Assembly (NCBI GenBank): GCA_965199235.1 | Contig: CBDAQU010000002.1 | Coordinates: forward strand, 2,880,232-2,944,231 | Length of the DNA: 64,000 nt | Source: Acetobacteraceae bacterium | GTDB taxonomy: Bacteria; Pseudomonadota; Alphaproteobacteria; Acetobacterales; Acetobacteraceae | Reading direction: 5' to 3' | Part shown: positions 28,493-37,419 of the stretch, piece by piece | Layout of the letters: every line of letters begins with the position of its first letter | Position numbering within the stretch: the first letter of the stretch is position 1 | Position numbers and translations under genes: made by a program | The notes under the pieces: generated by a model | The model's database searches: none | Told to the model about the DNA's origin: nothing | The model's input: only the letters and a program-made list of their open reading frames with translations

Positions 28493-29314
28493 TCAGGCGG
28501 CACTGGGCTCCGTTTCGGCTGGTTCCAGCGTGGCGGGTGCTGCGGCCTCGGCGAGGGTTTTGGGGGAGGGTTCGGTGCCGGCCTGGTAGCAGGCCAGCAC
28601 GTGCGCGGCCGGTCCGTCCATGCGCACGCGGCCGTGGTCCATCCAGATCACCCGCGTGCACCAGTCCAGGATCGCGCTGGAGACGTGGGAGGACAGCACC
28701 AGGATCTCCGCGCCGCGCACCACGCTTTCCAGCCGCGCGCGCGCCTTGGCGATGAAGTTGGCGTCGCCCGCCAGAAACCATTCGTCCATCAGCAGCACCT
28801 GCGGCCGGATCGCCGTCGCCATGGCGAAGCTGAGCCGCACCATCATGCCCGAGCTGTAGAAGCGCACCGGCAGTTCAAGGAACTCGCCAAGCTCGGCGAA
28901 CTCCGCCACGTCCTCCTCCAGCAGCCTTATCTGGGATGCGGGCAGCCCGTTATAGAGGCCGCGCAGCATGATGTTCTCGCGCCCGGTCAGGTCCAGGTTC
29001 ATCCCGAGCGCCGGGTCCAGCAGCGCGTTGAGGCTGCCCTCCACCCTGATGCGGCCGACCACCGGCTCGTAGATGCCGGCAATCGTGCGCAGCAGCGTGG
29101 TCTTGCCCGCGCCGTTGGTGCCGACCAGGCCCAGCCGGTCGCCGCTGCCAAGCTCGATGTCGATGTGGCGGAGCGCCTGCACCACGACGCGCTGGCGCTT
29201 GTCCTCGCCCAGCCGGCCGGACGCCACGGCGAACACCGTCTTCTTCAGGCTGCGCGCGCTGCCGTGGTAGAGCGGGAAGTCCAGCGACACGTTCTCGATG
29301 CGGATACGGGCCAT
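28493..29314 (-). CDS. Polysaccharide/polyol-phosphate ABC exporter ATPase (Wzt-like)
   Basis: GTNGAGKTT, YSSGMMVRL, LLMDEW; no C-terminal carbohydrate-binding domain. Confidence 0.9.
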   Translation of the reverse strand: MARIRIENVSLDFPLYHGSARSLKKTVFAVASGRLGEDKRQRVVVQALRHIDIELGSGDRLGLVGTNGAGKTTLLRTIAGIYEPVVGRIRVEGSLNALLDPALGMNLDLTGRENIMLRGLYNGLPASQIRLLEEDVAEFAELGEFLELPVRFYSSGMMVRLSFAMATAIRPQVLLMDEWFLAGDANFIAKARARLESVVRGAEILVLSSHVSSAILDWCTRVIWMDHGRVRMDGPAAHVLACYQAGTEPSPKTLAEAAAPATLEPAETEPSAA

Positions 29315-29324
29315 GCCGGCGCCC

Positions 29325-30188
29325 CTACATCCAGTAGGCGAGACGGGTTCGCGCCCAGGCGAAGCCGAGCCAGGCCAGCGCGCAGAACGCGGCACTGTAG
29401 CCGAACGCGAGACCCCACACCTGCCAGGACGCCGCATGCCCCAGCAAAGGCTGCCGAACCATCTCCAGCAGGGAGCCGAACGGGTTGTAGGGCAGCCACC
29501 AGCCGCGGGCCCCGAGCTGCTCCGGCCGCCAGACGATGGGGGTGACGAAGAACGCGATCTGCATCACGCTGCCCACGATGGGCGGCACGTCGCGGAACCG
29601 CGCGCAGAACGCACCCAGCAGCAGGCAGGCGGCAAACGCGTCGACCGTCCACAGCACCAGGCCGACCACGCTCTGCACCGCGACCGCACCCGGCCAGACG
29701 TCGAATACGGCGAACACCACGACGATCACCGGCAGGTTGTGCAGCAGCGAGATGACGTTGCGGATGACGGTCCGCACGGCATGCACGAAGAACGGCATAC
29801 GGACCGACCGTATGGTTCCCTCCGCCTGGGTGAAGGTGGTGCAGGCCTCTGCCACCAGCCCGCCTATCGCGTTCCAAAGCACCAGCGACAGCGCCAGGAA
29901 CGGCAGGTAGCTGCGCAGATCCATGTGGAACAATATGCTGTACAGCCCGCCCATCGCGGCCACCATGATGCCGGTCGAAATCGTCAGCCAGAACGGGCCA
30001 AGCAGGGAGCCGCGGTATTTGAGTTTCACGTCCAGCCAGCCAAGCGTCAGCGCCAGGCGCCACAGACGAAGGCCGCCAGCCAGATCCGCCCAGGCCATGC
30101 CGTGGCGCTGGCTGCGGCTGACATCCGCGCCGATGTCCAAACTGGCCCGGCGAAGCCGCGTCAGCCGATGGTCAACAATCGCGTCCAT
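29325..30188 (-). CDS. ABC-2 type polysaccharide exporter permease (Wzm-like)
   Basis: DVKLKYRGSLLGPFW, RFRDVPPIV, FFVTPIVW, YNP motifs. Start uncertain. Confidence 0.88.
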   Translation of the reverse strand: MDAIVDHRLTRLRRASLDIGADVSRSQRHGMAWADLAGGLRLWRLALTLGWLDVKLKYRGSLLGPFWLTISTGIMVAAMGGLYSILFHMDLRSYLPFLALSLVLWNAIGGLVAEACTTFTQAEGTIRSVRMPFFVHAVRTVIRNVISLLHNLPVIVVVFAVFDVWPGAVAVQSVVGLVLWTVDAFAACLLLGAFCARFRDVPPIVGSVMQIAFFVTPIVWRPEQLGARGWWLPYNPFGSLLEMVRQPLLGHAASWQVWGLAFGYSAAFCALAWLGFAWARTRLAYWM

Positions 30189-30227
30189 ACCGCCCGCCGG
30201 TACTCCATCCACCAAACCCAAGCAACC

Positions 30228-31937
30228 ATGGAGAGCCCGGCGATGACGTTTGGCAGCAGACCGTCTCCCAACGGCAACCGGAAGGATGTCATACGCAGGC
30301 GTGCCTGGCACGCGGCCGCGTGGGCGGCGGTCCTCACCCCCTGCCTGGCCCTGGCCGCCCCGCATGAGGGCGGCGTGCTGCACCTGGGCGCCTACCAGCC
30401 CGCCGGCACGATCGACCCGATGATCAACTACGAGAGCGATTTCTGGCAGCTTTTCTTCGTCACCCAGGACGGCCTGCTGACCTTCCGCAAGGCGGAGGGC
30501 CCGTCAGGTCTGGTCGTGGTGCCGGACCTGGCCGTATCGCTGCCCGACATCGCCGATGGCGGCAAAACCTACGTGTTCCGCCTGCGCCAAGGCATCCGGT
30601 TCTCCAACGGACGGGAGGTGGGCGTGGCCGACGTGGTCGCCTCGTTCCGGCGCATGTTCCGTGTCTCCGGGCCGAACACCGGAAGCTGGTACAACATCAT
30701 CGTGGGTGCCGATGCCTGCATAAAGACGCCCGCCGCCTGCACGCTTTCCGGCGGCATCGAAGGCGACGCGGCGTCGCACACCGTCACCATCCACCTGACC
30801 AGGCCGGACCCCGAATTCTGCCAGAAGATCGCGCTGCCGTTCGCCAGCGTCCTGCCCGCCGACACGCCTGCGCGGGACCTCGGCACCACGCCGCCCGCCG
30901 CCACCGGCCCGTATATGGTGGCGAGCTACAACCCGGTGCGCATGCTGACCCTGGTGCGCAACCCGTATTTCCACCAGTGGAGCGAGGAGGCGCAGCCCTC
31001 GGGCTACGTCGACCGCATGGAGGTGCGCTACGGGCTGCAGGCGGAAAGCGAGGTGAGCGCGATCGAGAATGGGGCGATGGACTGGATGGCCGACCCGCCG
31101 CCGCTGGACCGGCTGGCCGAGATCGGTGGCCAGCACACGAAGCTGGCGCACATCCACCCCATGCTCGCCTACTACTACGTCATGATGAACAACCACCTGC
31201 GCCCGTTCGACGACGTGCGGGCTCGCCAGGCCTTCGCCTTGGCGGTCAACCGGCGGGTGGCGATCGACCTCTACGGCGGCCCTGCGCTGGGCACGCCGAT
31301 CTGCCAGTTGCTGCCCGCCGGCATGCCGGGCCACGTGGATTACTGCCCGTTCACCAGGAACCCGGGCGCGCGCTGGACCGCGCCCGACCTCGCCCGCGCC
31401 CGCGCTTTGGTGGCGCAAAGCGGCACCGCCGGCATGCAGGTCACCCTGATCTGCTCGGACCGCGACGTGGAGCACAGCATCGGCGTCTACCTGCAAAGCG
31501 TGCTGGCCGATATCGGCTACGACGCAAGGGTGCACGCCGTCTCGTTCAACATACGCGACACCTACCTGCAGAACTCCAGCAACCGCGTGCAGATCGGCCT
31601 GTCGAACTGGTTCCAGGACTATCCGGAGCCGTCGGATTTCCTCAACGTGCTGTTCTCCTGCGCAGGCTACCATCCCGGCTCGGACGCCTCGATCAACATG
31701 AGCGGGTTCTGCGATCCCGCCATCGACGCGCGCATGCAGCAGGCGCTGGCGGCAGAGAGCACCGACGAACCCGCCGCCGAAAGCCTCTGGGCCGGCATCG
31801 ACCACGACGTGACCGACCGCGCGCCCAGCACCACGCTGTTCCAGATCAACTGGCTGGACCTGGTCTCGGCCCGGGTCGGCAACATCCGCTTCAGCCCGCT
31901 GTTCCACATGATACTCTCGCAGGCCTGGGTCCAATGA
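30228..31937 (+). CDS. ABC transporter substrate-binding protein, family 5 (peptide/nickel type)
   Basis: VVPDLA, DGGKTYVFRLRQGIRFSNG, PPAATGPYMV, PFDDVRARQAFALAVNR. Confidence 0.92.
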   Translation: MESPAMTFGSRPSPNGNRKDVIRRRAWHAAAWAAVLTPCLALAAPHEGGVLHLGAYQPAGTIDPMINYESDFWQLFFVTQDGLLTFRKAEGPSGLVVVPDLAVSLPDIADGGKTYVFRLRQGIRFSNGREVGVADVVASFRRMFRVSGPNTGSWYNIIVGADACIKTPAACTLSGGIEGDAASHTVTIHLTRPDPEFCQKIALPFASVLPADTPARDLGTTPPAATGPYMVASYNPVRMLTLVRNPYFHQWSEEAQPSGYVDRMEVRYGLQAESEVSAIENGAMDWMADPPPLDRLAEIGGQHTKLAHIHPMLAYYYVMMNNHLRPFDDVRARQAFALAVNRRVAIDLYGGPALGTPICQLLPAGMPGHVDYCPFTRNPGARWTAPDLARARALVAQSGTAGMQVTLICSDRDVEHSIGVYLQSVLADIGYDARVHAVSFNIRDTYLQNSSNRVQIGLSNWFQDYPEPSDFLNVLFSCAGYHPGSDASINMSGFCDPAIDARMQQALAAESTDEPAAESLWAGIDHDVTDRAPSTTLFQINWLDLVSARVGNIRFSPLFHMILSQAWVQ

Positions 31938-31956
31938 ACCCCAACACAGTCAGGGC

Positions 31957-32469
31957 TTACGGAACCGGCTTGGCCTGTTCAGGGCTGAACTCCCCGGCGA
32001 CGCTGAACCGGCGCTGGGCGCCGGCCCCGGCTGAGGCTGCCAGCAGAGCCGGCCAGTCATCAGGCGGATTGCCGCTGGCCAGCATCCTGCCGAACACGGC
32101 GTAAGGATCGCTCGCCGCCCCGGCCTTGCGCAGCGTGTCGCGGTCGTTGACCCAGGCGTAGACGACCACCCGCGCCTTCAGATCGGCCCGGAACAACAAC
32201 CGGAACCGGTTGCCGGCGAACTTGGCCCGGAACCAGTGGCGGTGCTCCCGCCCGAGCGTGTTACCCTGTCGGAACTCCGGCGCCAGCGGGTCGCGCGGCA
32301 CACGGTCCAGGATCAGCGCGTGAATGGCCGCCAACAGCCGGGTGTCGGCCTTGCTTCGCCATCCCTCCGGATCGGATCGCCTGGCCCGCTCAACGGTCGC
32401 CAGCCAGCGCTCGACCTGGTCAAGAAACAGCGGGTGGGCATAAAGGCGCCAGCCATGGCGTTCGATCAC
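31957..32469 (-). CDS. yhaV: Type II toxin, YhaV family (RelE superfamily ribonuclease)
   Basis: HGWRLYAHPLF, FRQGNTLG...HWFRAKF...RFRLLFR, VYAWVNDRDTLRKAG...DPYAVF..ML..GNPPDDW. Confidence 0.9.
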   Translation of the reverse strand: MIERHGWRLYAHPLFLDQVERWLATVERARRSDPEGWRSKADTRLLAAIHALILDRVPRDPLAPEFRQGNTLGREHRHWFRAKFAGNRFRLLFRADLKARVVVYAWVNDRDTLRKAGAASDPYAVFGRMLASGNPPDDWPALLAASAGAGAQRRFSVAGEFSPEQAKPVP

Positions 32470-32472
32470 CGG

Positions 32473-32805
32473 CTATATGGTCACCTGACCCTCTATAGCT
32501 GCGTCTAGGTCCATGTCCGCCATCTCGCCCGTCAGATCCTCCATGCGGGTGATCAGGACCGGGGTGATCGGCAGCACAGCGACGGCCGGCCGGCCGGCAA
32601 TGTCGGCCTCCACCAAGGCAAGAAAGGGCGCCAGAGCCGGGTCGGCGACATCCTCGTCAGGCAGCCCATGCACGGTGACGGTCTTCCCCTCCACCCGGAA
32701 CGCGATGCGGCCGCCATACCCGACTCCAAGCGCCTGGCGGACGGTCCTCGGCACCGTTGTTTGTCCCTTGGCGGTGATCGTGCAGAACTCCTCCACGATG
32801 GGCAT
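32473..32805 (-). CDS. prlF: Type II antitoxin, PrlF/SohA (AbrB-like)
   Basis: RBS AGGAGG; TITAKGQTTVPRTVRQALGV..GGRIAF; DPALAPFLALVEADI; C-terminal DLDAAIEG. Confidence 0.88.
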   Translation of the reverse strand: MPIVEEFCTITAKGQTTVPRTVRQALGVGYGGRIAFRVEGKTVTVHGLPDEDVADPALAPFLALVEADIAGRPAVAVLPITPVLITRMEDLTGEMADMDLDAAIEGQVTI

Positions 32806-32841
32806 GCCCAAACCTCCTGACCATGATCGGCAAACCGTTAG

Positions 32842-32859
32842 GTAATGCGAACTCCTTAC
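32842..32859. promoter_or_regulatory. Putative TA autoregulatory operator GTAATG-N6-CCTTAC
   Basis: Imperfect palindrome about 40 bp upstream of the antitoxin; overlaps the ATG currently used by the permease. Confidence 0.5.
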
Positions 32860-33849
32860 TTCGTCAGCCCTTCCGGGTTTTGGACGATCGCCTGGCGCCG
32901 GCTGCGCGCCGACGGCGCGGCGCTCGCATCGATGGCCGTGCTGCTCCTCATCGTCGGCGCCTGCGCCTGCGCACCCCTCTATGCGCACCAGATGGCCGGC
33001 ACCGACCCGTTCCGGCCCAACCTGGACGGCACGGTCGTCATCGGCGGCCGCACGCTCGACATCCTCCAGCCTGCCGACAACCCGCTGCACCTCGGCTCCG
33101 CGCCCATCGGCCCCACCTGGCACGCCGCCTACCTGCTCGGCGCGGACGGGCAGGGGCGAGACGTGTTCGCCCGCCTGCTCTACGGCGGGCGCAACTCCCT
33201 GCTCATCGCCGGCGCCGCCACGCTGCTCTGCCTCACCCTGGCCGCCCTCATCGGCATCGTCGCCGGCTACGCGGGCGGCCTGACCGACCAGCTGCTCTCC
33301 CGCGCGCTCGACATCCTGTGGGCGTTCCCTGTCTACCTGCTCGCAATCTCGCTCTCGGTCGTGCTGATCAGCCAGGGCCTGCGCCTCGGCCCGTTCACCA
33401 TCGAGGCCGACAGCCTGCTGCTGCCGATCGCCATCATCGGCATCGTCTACGTGCCCTACGCCGCCCGCCCGGTGCGCGGGCAGGTGCTGGGCCTCGCACA
33501 GAGCGACTTCGTGCTCGCCGCCGTCTCGCTCGGCGTGCCCAGCCGGCGCATCCTGGCGCGCGAGATCCTGCCCAACGTGGCGAGCACGCTCATCGTCTTC
33601 GCGCCGCTGATCATGGCGCTGAACCTGCTGACCGAAAGTGCCCTGAGCTTCCTGCAGATCGGCGTGCAGCCCCCCGCCGCCAGCTGGGGCACCATCATCG
33701 CCGACGGCCAGTCGCTGATCTACCTGCGTCCCCTGGTCGCCGTCGCCCCTGGCCTGGCCATCGTCGCCACCGTGCTCGCGCTCAACGTGCTGGGCGACTC
33801 CGTGCGCGACGCGCTGGACCCGCGCGCCAAGCTGCGCGTCCAGGCCTGA
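32845..33849 (+). CDS. Peptide ABC transporter permease (DppC/OppC-like)
   Basis: YLLGADGQGRDVFARLLYGGR, EAA-like loop DFVLAAVSLG, PPAASWG. The 5' end appears disrupted (see findings). Confidence 0.9.
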   Translation: MRTPYFVSPSGFWTIAWRRLRADGAALASMAVLLLIVGACACAPLYAHQMAGTDPFRPNLDGTVVIGGRTLDILQPADNPLHLGSAPIGPTWHAAYLLGADGQGRDVFARLLYGGRNSLLIAGAATLLCLTLAALIGIVAGYAGGLTDQLLSRALDILWAFPVYLLAISLSVVLISQGLRLGPFTIEADSLLLPIAIIGIVYVPYAARPVRGQVLGLAQSDFVLAAVSLGVPSRRILAREILPNVASTLIVFAPLIMALNLLTESALSFLQIGVQPPAASWGTIIADGQSLIYLRPLVAVAPGLAIVATVLALNVLGDSVRDALDPRAKLRVQA

Positions 33850-33852
33850 CCG

Positions 33853-34830
33853 ATGGGCAGGCTGCTGGCCCAGCGACTGGCGCAGATGGTCTTCGTCATG
33901 GCCGGCATCAGCGTGCTGGTCTTCCTGATCTTCTTCGCGACCCCGGGCGCCGACCCCGCCGCCCGCATCGCCGGCCGCAACGCGACGCCCGAGCTGCTGG
34001 CCGCCGTCCGCCACGATTTCGGCCTGGACCGGCCGATCCCCGTCCAATACGCGCTGATGATGCGCCGGTTGTTCGTCACGCAGGACCTGACCAGCTTCGT
34101 CAACCGCGGCGAGCGCGTGATCCCCGAAATCGCCGCCGGCGCCCCCATCACCCTCTCCCTGGTGCTCGGTGCCGCGGTGCTCTGGGTGCTGGGCGGGCTC
34201 GCCATCGGCGTCGCCGCCGCACTCACCCGCGGCGGGCTGACCGACCGGACGCTGATGCTGGCGAGCCTGGTCGGCGTCTCGATGCCGGTGTTCTGGGTCG
34301 GCGAGATGGCCAACCTGCTCACCCAGAGCCGCATGCACGGCAGCTGGGTGTTCGCCTGGGTCCCGCCGCTCGGCTACACGCCGCTCACCGAGAACCCCTG
34401 GCTCTGGTTCAGGACGATGCTGATCCCCTGGGCCACGCTGGCGCTGCTCTACATGGGCTTCTACGGCCGCGTGCTGCGCGCCAGCCTGATCGAGGCCTAC
34501 CAGGAGGATTTCATCCGCACCGCCCGTGCCAAGGGTCTTTCCGAAACCCGCATCCTGTTCCGCCACGCCCTGCGCGTGTCGCTGACCACCTTCGTCTCGC
34601 TGTTCGGCCTGGATTTCGGCGCGCTCGTCGGCGGCGGCGCGCTGCTGACCGAGGTGGTGTTCGGCCTGCAGGGCGTGGGCAAGCTCACCTTCGACGCGCT
34701 GCAGAACCTCGACCTCCCCGTCATCATGGCGACCGTGATGTACTCCTCCTTCTTCGTGGTCGCCGCCAACGCGGCCGTCGACGTCGCCTACGCGCTGCTC
34801 GATCCCAGGGTCAGGCTGAAGCGTGGCTGA
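33853..34830 (+). CDS. Peptide ABC transporter permease (DppB/OppB-like)
   Basis: PGADPAARIAG, FGLDRPIPVQY, DFIRTARAKGL, DLPVIMA. Confidence 0.93.
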   Translation: MGRLLAQRLAQMVFVMAGISVLVFLIFFATPGADPAARIAGRNATPELLAAVRHDFGLDRPIPVQYALMMRRLFVTQDLTSFVNRGERVIPEIAAGAPITLSLVLGAAVLWVLGGLAIGVAAALTRGGLTDRTLMLASLVGVSMPVFWVGEMANLLTQSRMHGSWVFAWVPPLGYTPLTENPWLWFRTMLIPWATLALLYMGFYGRVLRASLIEAYQEDFIRTARAKGLSETRILFRHALRVSLTTFVSLFGLDFGALVGGGALLTEVVFGLQGVGKLTFDALQNLDLPVIMATVMYSSFFVVAANAAVDVAYALLDPRVRLKRG

Positions 34831-35794
34831 CGCCCTGCTGGAACTGCGCGACCTGAGCATCGACTTCCGCACCCGCAACGGCCCGGTGCGCGCGGTGGAC
34901 CGCGTCTCGTTCAGCGTCGCCCCGCGCGAGATACTGGGCCTGGTGGGCGAATCGGGCTCCGGCAAGACGCTGTCCATGCTCGCCGCCCTCGGCCTCGTCT
35001 CCGACCCCAACGCCACCGTCTCCGGCTCGGTGCGCTTCCGCGGGCGAGAGCTGGTCGGCCTGCCGCCGCGCCAGCTGCGCGCCATACGCGGCGGCGCCGT
35101 CGCGATGGTGTTCCAGGACGCGATGAGTGCGATGAACCCCGTGCACACGATCGGCTGGCAGATCGCCGAGCAGGTGCGCGCCCACCAGCGCGTGTCGGCC
35201 CGCGCCGCCCGCGACCGCGCCATACACCTGCTCGACCTGATGGGCGTGCCCGACCCGGCCGACGCCTGCCACCGCTACCCGCACCAGCTTTCCGGCGGCC
35301 TGCGCCAGCGCGCGATGATCGCCATGGCGCTCAGTTGCGACCCGGCCTTGCTGATCGCCGACGAACCCACCACCGCGCTGGACGTGACGGTGCAGGCCCA
35401 GATCCTGGCGCTGCTGGACAATTTACGGCGGGATTTCGGCTCCAGCATCGTGCTGATCACCCACGACATGGGGGTGGTGGCCGAGCTCGCCGACCAGGTG
35501 GTCGTGATCTATGCCGGCCGCATCGCCGAACGCGGCCCCGTTTCCCGCGTGCTGCAAAGCCCCGCCCACCCCTACACGCAGGGCCTGCTCGCCGCCATCC
35601 CGTCCATGGAGGGGGTTCGCCCGCGCCGTCTCCCCGCTATCCCAGGCGCCCCGCCGTCGCCGGCGACAAGGCCCGCCGGCTGCGCCTTCGCCCCACGCTG
35701 CCCAGCCCGCTTCGCCCCCTGCGGCGCCCTGCCACCCCTGTTCGCGCGTCCCGCGCAGGACGTCGCCTGCTTCCTGGCGGAACGGTCCGCATGA
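34823..35794 (+). CDS. Peptide ABC transporter ATPase (DppD-like)
   Basis: [39 protein letters not shown]. Confidence 0.94.
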   Translation: MADALLELRDLSIDFRTRNGPVRAVDRVSFSVAPREILGLVGESGSGKTLSMLAALGLVSDPNATVSGSVRFRGRELVGLPPRQLRAIRGGAVAMVFQDAMSAMNPVHTIGWQIAEQVRAHQRVSARAARDRAIHLLDLMGVPDPADACHRYPHQLSGGLRQRAMIAMALSCDPALLIADEPTTALDVTVQAQILALLDNLRRDFGSSIVLITHDMGVVAELADQVVVIYAGRIAERGPVSRVLQSPAHPYTQGLLAAIPSMEGVRPRRLPAIPGAPPSPATRPAGCAFAPRCPARFAPCGALPPLFARPAQDVACFLAERSA

Positions 35795-36765
35795 CCCCCC
35801 CGCTGCTCGAAGCCGTCGGCGTCACCAAAACCTACCCGGCAGGACCAAGAACCCTGCGCGCGGTGGACGGCGTCTCGCTCCGCCTGATGCGCGGCGAGAC
35901 CCTGGGCCTGGTGGGCGAATCGGGCTGCGGCAAATCCACCCTGGGCCGTTGCCTGCTTCGCCTGCAGACGCCGACCGACGGCACCATCCGCTTCGACGGC
36001 CAGGACATCACCACCCTCTCGCTGCGGGCCCTGCGCCCGCTCCGCCCGCGCATGCAGATGGTCTTCCAGGATTCGACCGGCTCGCTGAACCCGCGCCGCC
36101 GCGTGGGCGACCTCATCGCCGAACCGCTCCGCGTCCACCCCGCCCCGAACGGCCTTCATCGCACCAAAACCGACATCGCCGCCCGGATCGCCGAACTCGC
36201 CGACCTCGTGGGCCTCACCCAGCCCCAGATGGCCCAGTACCCGCACGAGTTCTCCGGTGGCCAACGCCAGAGAGTTGGCATCGCCCGCGCCCTCGCCCTG
36301 AACCCCGACCTCATCGTCGCCGACGAACCCGTCTCCGCCCTGGACGTCAGCGTGCAGGCCCAGGTGGTCAACCTGATGATGGACCTGCAGGACCGCCTGC
36401 ACCTCACCACCCTATTCATCGCCCACGACCTGGCGGTCATCCGCCAGGTCGCCACCCGAACCGCGATCATGTACCTCGGCAGCATCGTAGAAATCGGCCC
36501 CACCACCGAGATCTTCGCCCGCCCCGCACACCCCTACACCGCCTCGCTCCTCGCCGCCGTCCCCCGCCTGTCCCGAGCGTTCGGCCACCAGCCGGCCGAG
36601 CCCCCTTTGCGCGGCGAAGTCCCCAGCCCAACGAACCCCCCAACAGGCTGCCGCTTCCACCCGCGCTGCCCCCGCGTAGAAGCACGCTGCAAAGCAGAGC
36701 GTCCAACGCTGGCGACGCTCGAAGACGAGCGCCAAGCCGCATGTCATTTTCCACTCACCAAGTAG
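35791..36765 (+). CDS. Peptide ABC transporter ATPase (DppF-like)
   Basis: GESGCGKST, YPHEFSGGQRQR, DEPVSALDVSVQAQV, GCRFHPRC. Confidence 0.94.
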   Translation: MTPPLLEAVGVTKTYPAGPRTLRAVDGVSLRLMRGETLGLVGESGCGKSTLGRCLLRLQTPTDGTIRFDGQDITTLSLRALRPLRPRMQMVFQDSTGSLNPRRRVGDLIAEPLRVHPAPNGLHRTKTDIAARIAELADLVGLTQPQMAQYPHEFSGGQRQRVGIARALALNPDLIVADEPVSALDVSVQAQVVNLMMDLQDRLHLTTLFIAHDLAVIRQVATRTAIMYLGSIVEIGPTTEIFARPAHPYTASLLAAVPRLSRAFGHQPAEPPLRGEVPSPTNPPTGCRFHPRCPRVEARCKAERPTLATLEDERQAACHFPLTK

Positions 36766-36883
36766 GGCGGGCTTCGGCCTAACCGTCGCACCGACCGCCA
36801 CGTCCACAATCGCACCCGCCCGATCCAGCACCCCCGCAACGCTCGCCAACCTCCCCCCAACCCACCATCCGACAACGCCCTAC
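36762..36883. repeat. Degenerate REP doublet with GTAG ends
   Basis: GTAGGGCGG...CCGCC (36762-36799) and inverted GCCCTAC (36877-36883), adjacent to a RAYT remnant. Confidence 0.5.
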
Positions 36884-36889
36884 CTCCCC

Positions 36890-37095
36890 GACACACCCCG
36901 AGCCTCACGCGCGCGAAAACTCGAAAACGGCCGATCCGCAGCAACGGCGAGCAACCCATGCTCCACGGGATTGCAATGAGCATAGTTCATGTGGAGCCGC
37001 ATGATCCCGCTCATCGCCAACCGTGCGCGTCCAGTACCGGCGTTGCCACGCACTGCATTCGCGCTTGCGCACCAGGGAGGCGCGCCTTTCCTCCT
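36890..37095 (-). pseudogene. REP-associated tyrosine transposase (RAYT) C-terminal remnant
   Basis: RKRECSAWQRRYWTRTVGDERD, then a frameshift into HMNYAHCNPVEHGLL..AADRPFSSF. This matches the RAYT pattern WQRRFWEHxIRDExD...YIHxNPVKHGLV...WPxSSF. Confidence 0.75.
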
Positions 37096-37134
37096 GTGTC
37101 CCACCTAACAATCCGTCGGGACGAGAAGATACTG

Positions 37135-37246
37135 TCGGCAAGCGCTCGACCGCAGCCACCATGAAACGCGCCAGGTCGTCGACGCAAATCCAGGCTTTCA
37201 AGTGTGGCGGTAGTAGAAGGCCTGGTCGCGACCAGGCCGGTTTCAC
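37135..37246 (-). mobile_element. IS1182-family transposase N-terminal remnant
   Basis: RDQAF / LLPPHLKAWICVDDLARFMVAAVERLP (frameshifted), like the RDQxFLLPPxLxDWLPxDDLAHFVVxAV start of these transposases; a perfect 20-bp palindrome at 37219-37238 disrupts the start. Confidence 0.65.
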
Positions 37247-37321
37247 GCAGAGTGTCCGCGAGTAGGCGGACCGTGCAGGACGCGTCCTTGACGCCCATAA
37301 GCGACGAGCTTAGCGTCCATA

Positions 37322-37338
37322 CTGTAGTCGGATTACAG
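37322..37338. promoter_or_regulatory. Island operator, copy 1 (CTGTAGTCGGATTACAG)
   Basis: 17-bp palindrome about 80 bp upstream of the first CocE gene. Confidence 0.6.
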
Positions 37339-37419
37339 ACAGACCTTGGTCGATAGTCGCCTTAGCGCGTTTCACGCAAAGGTGCCTCATTGGCATGAGA
37401 TCGTCATTAGGGGGGGTTG

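Noticed and set aside
29298-30227. N-terminal 310-aa extension of the SBP ORF
   Set aside because: Antisense to wzm; the signal peptide begins near 30228-30243.
32473-35223. 916-aa minus-strand ORF
   Set aside because: Antisense shadow of the permease and ATPase genes; only the last 110 codons (the antitoxin, with its own RBS) are real.
36700-37400. attL/attR repeat of the tRNA-Gln 3' end at the far island boundary
   Set aside because: No copy of TGGCTGGGGCGGGAGGATTCGAACC, or a convincing part of it, was found by eye.
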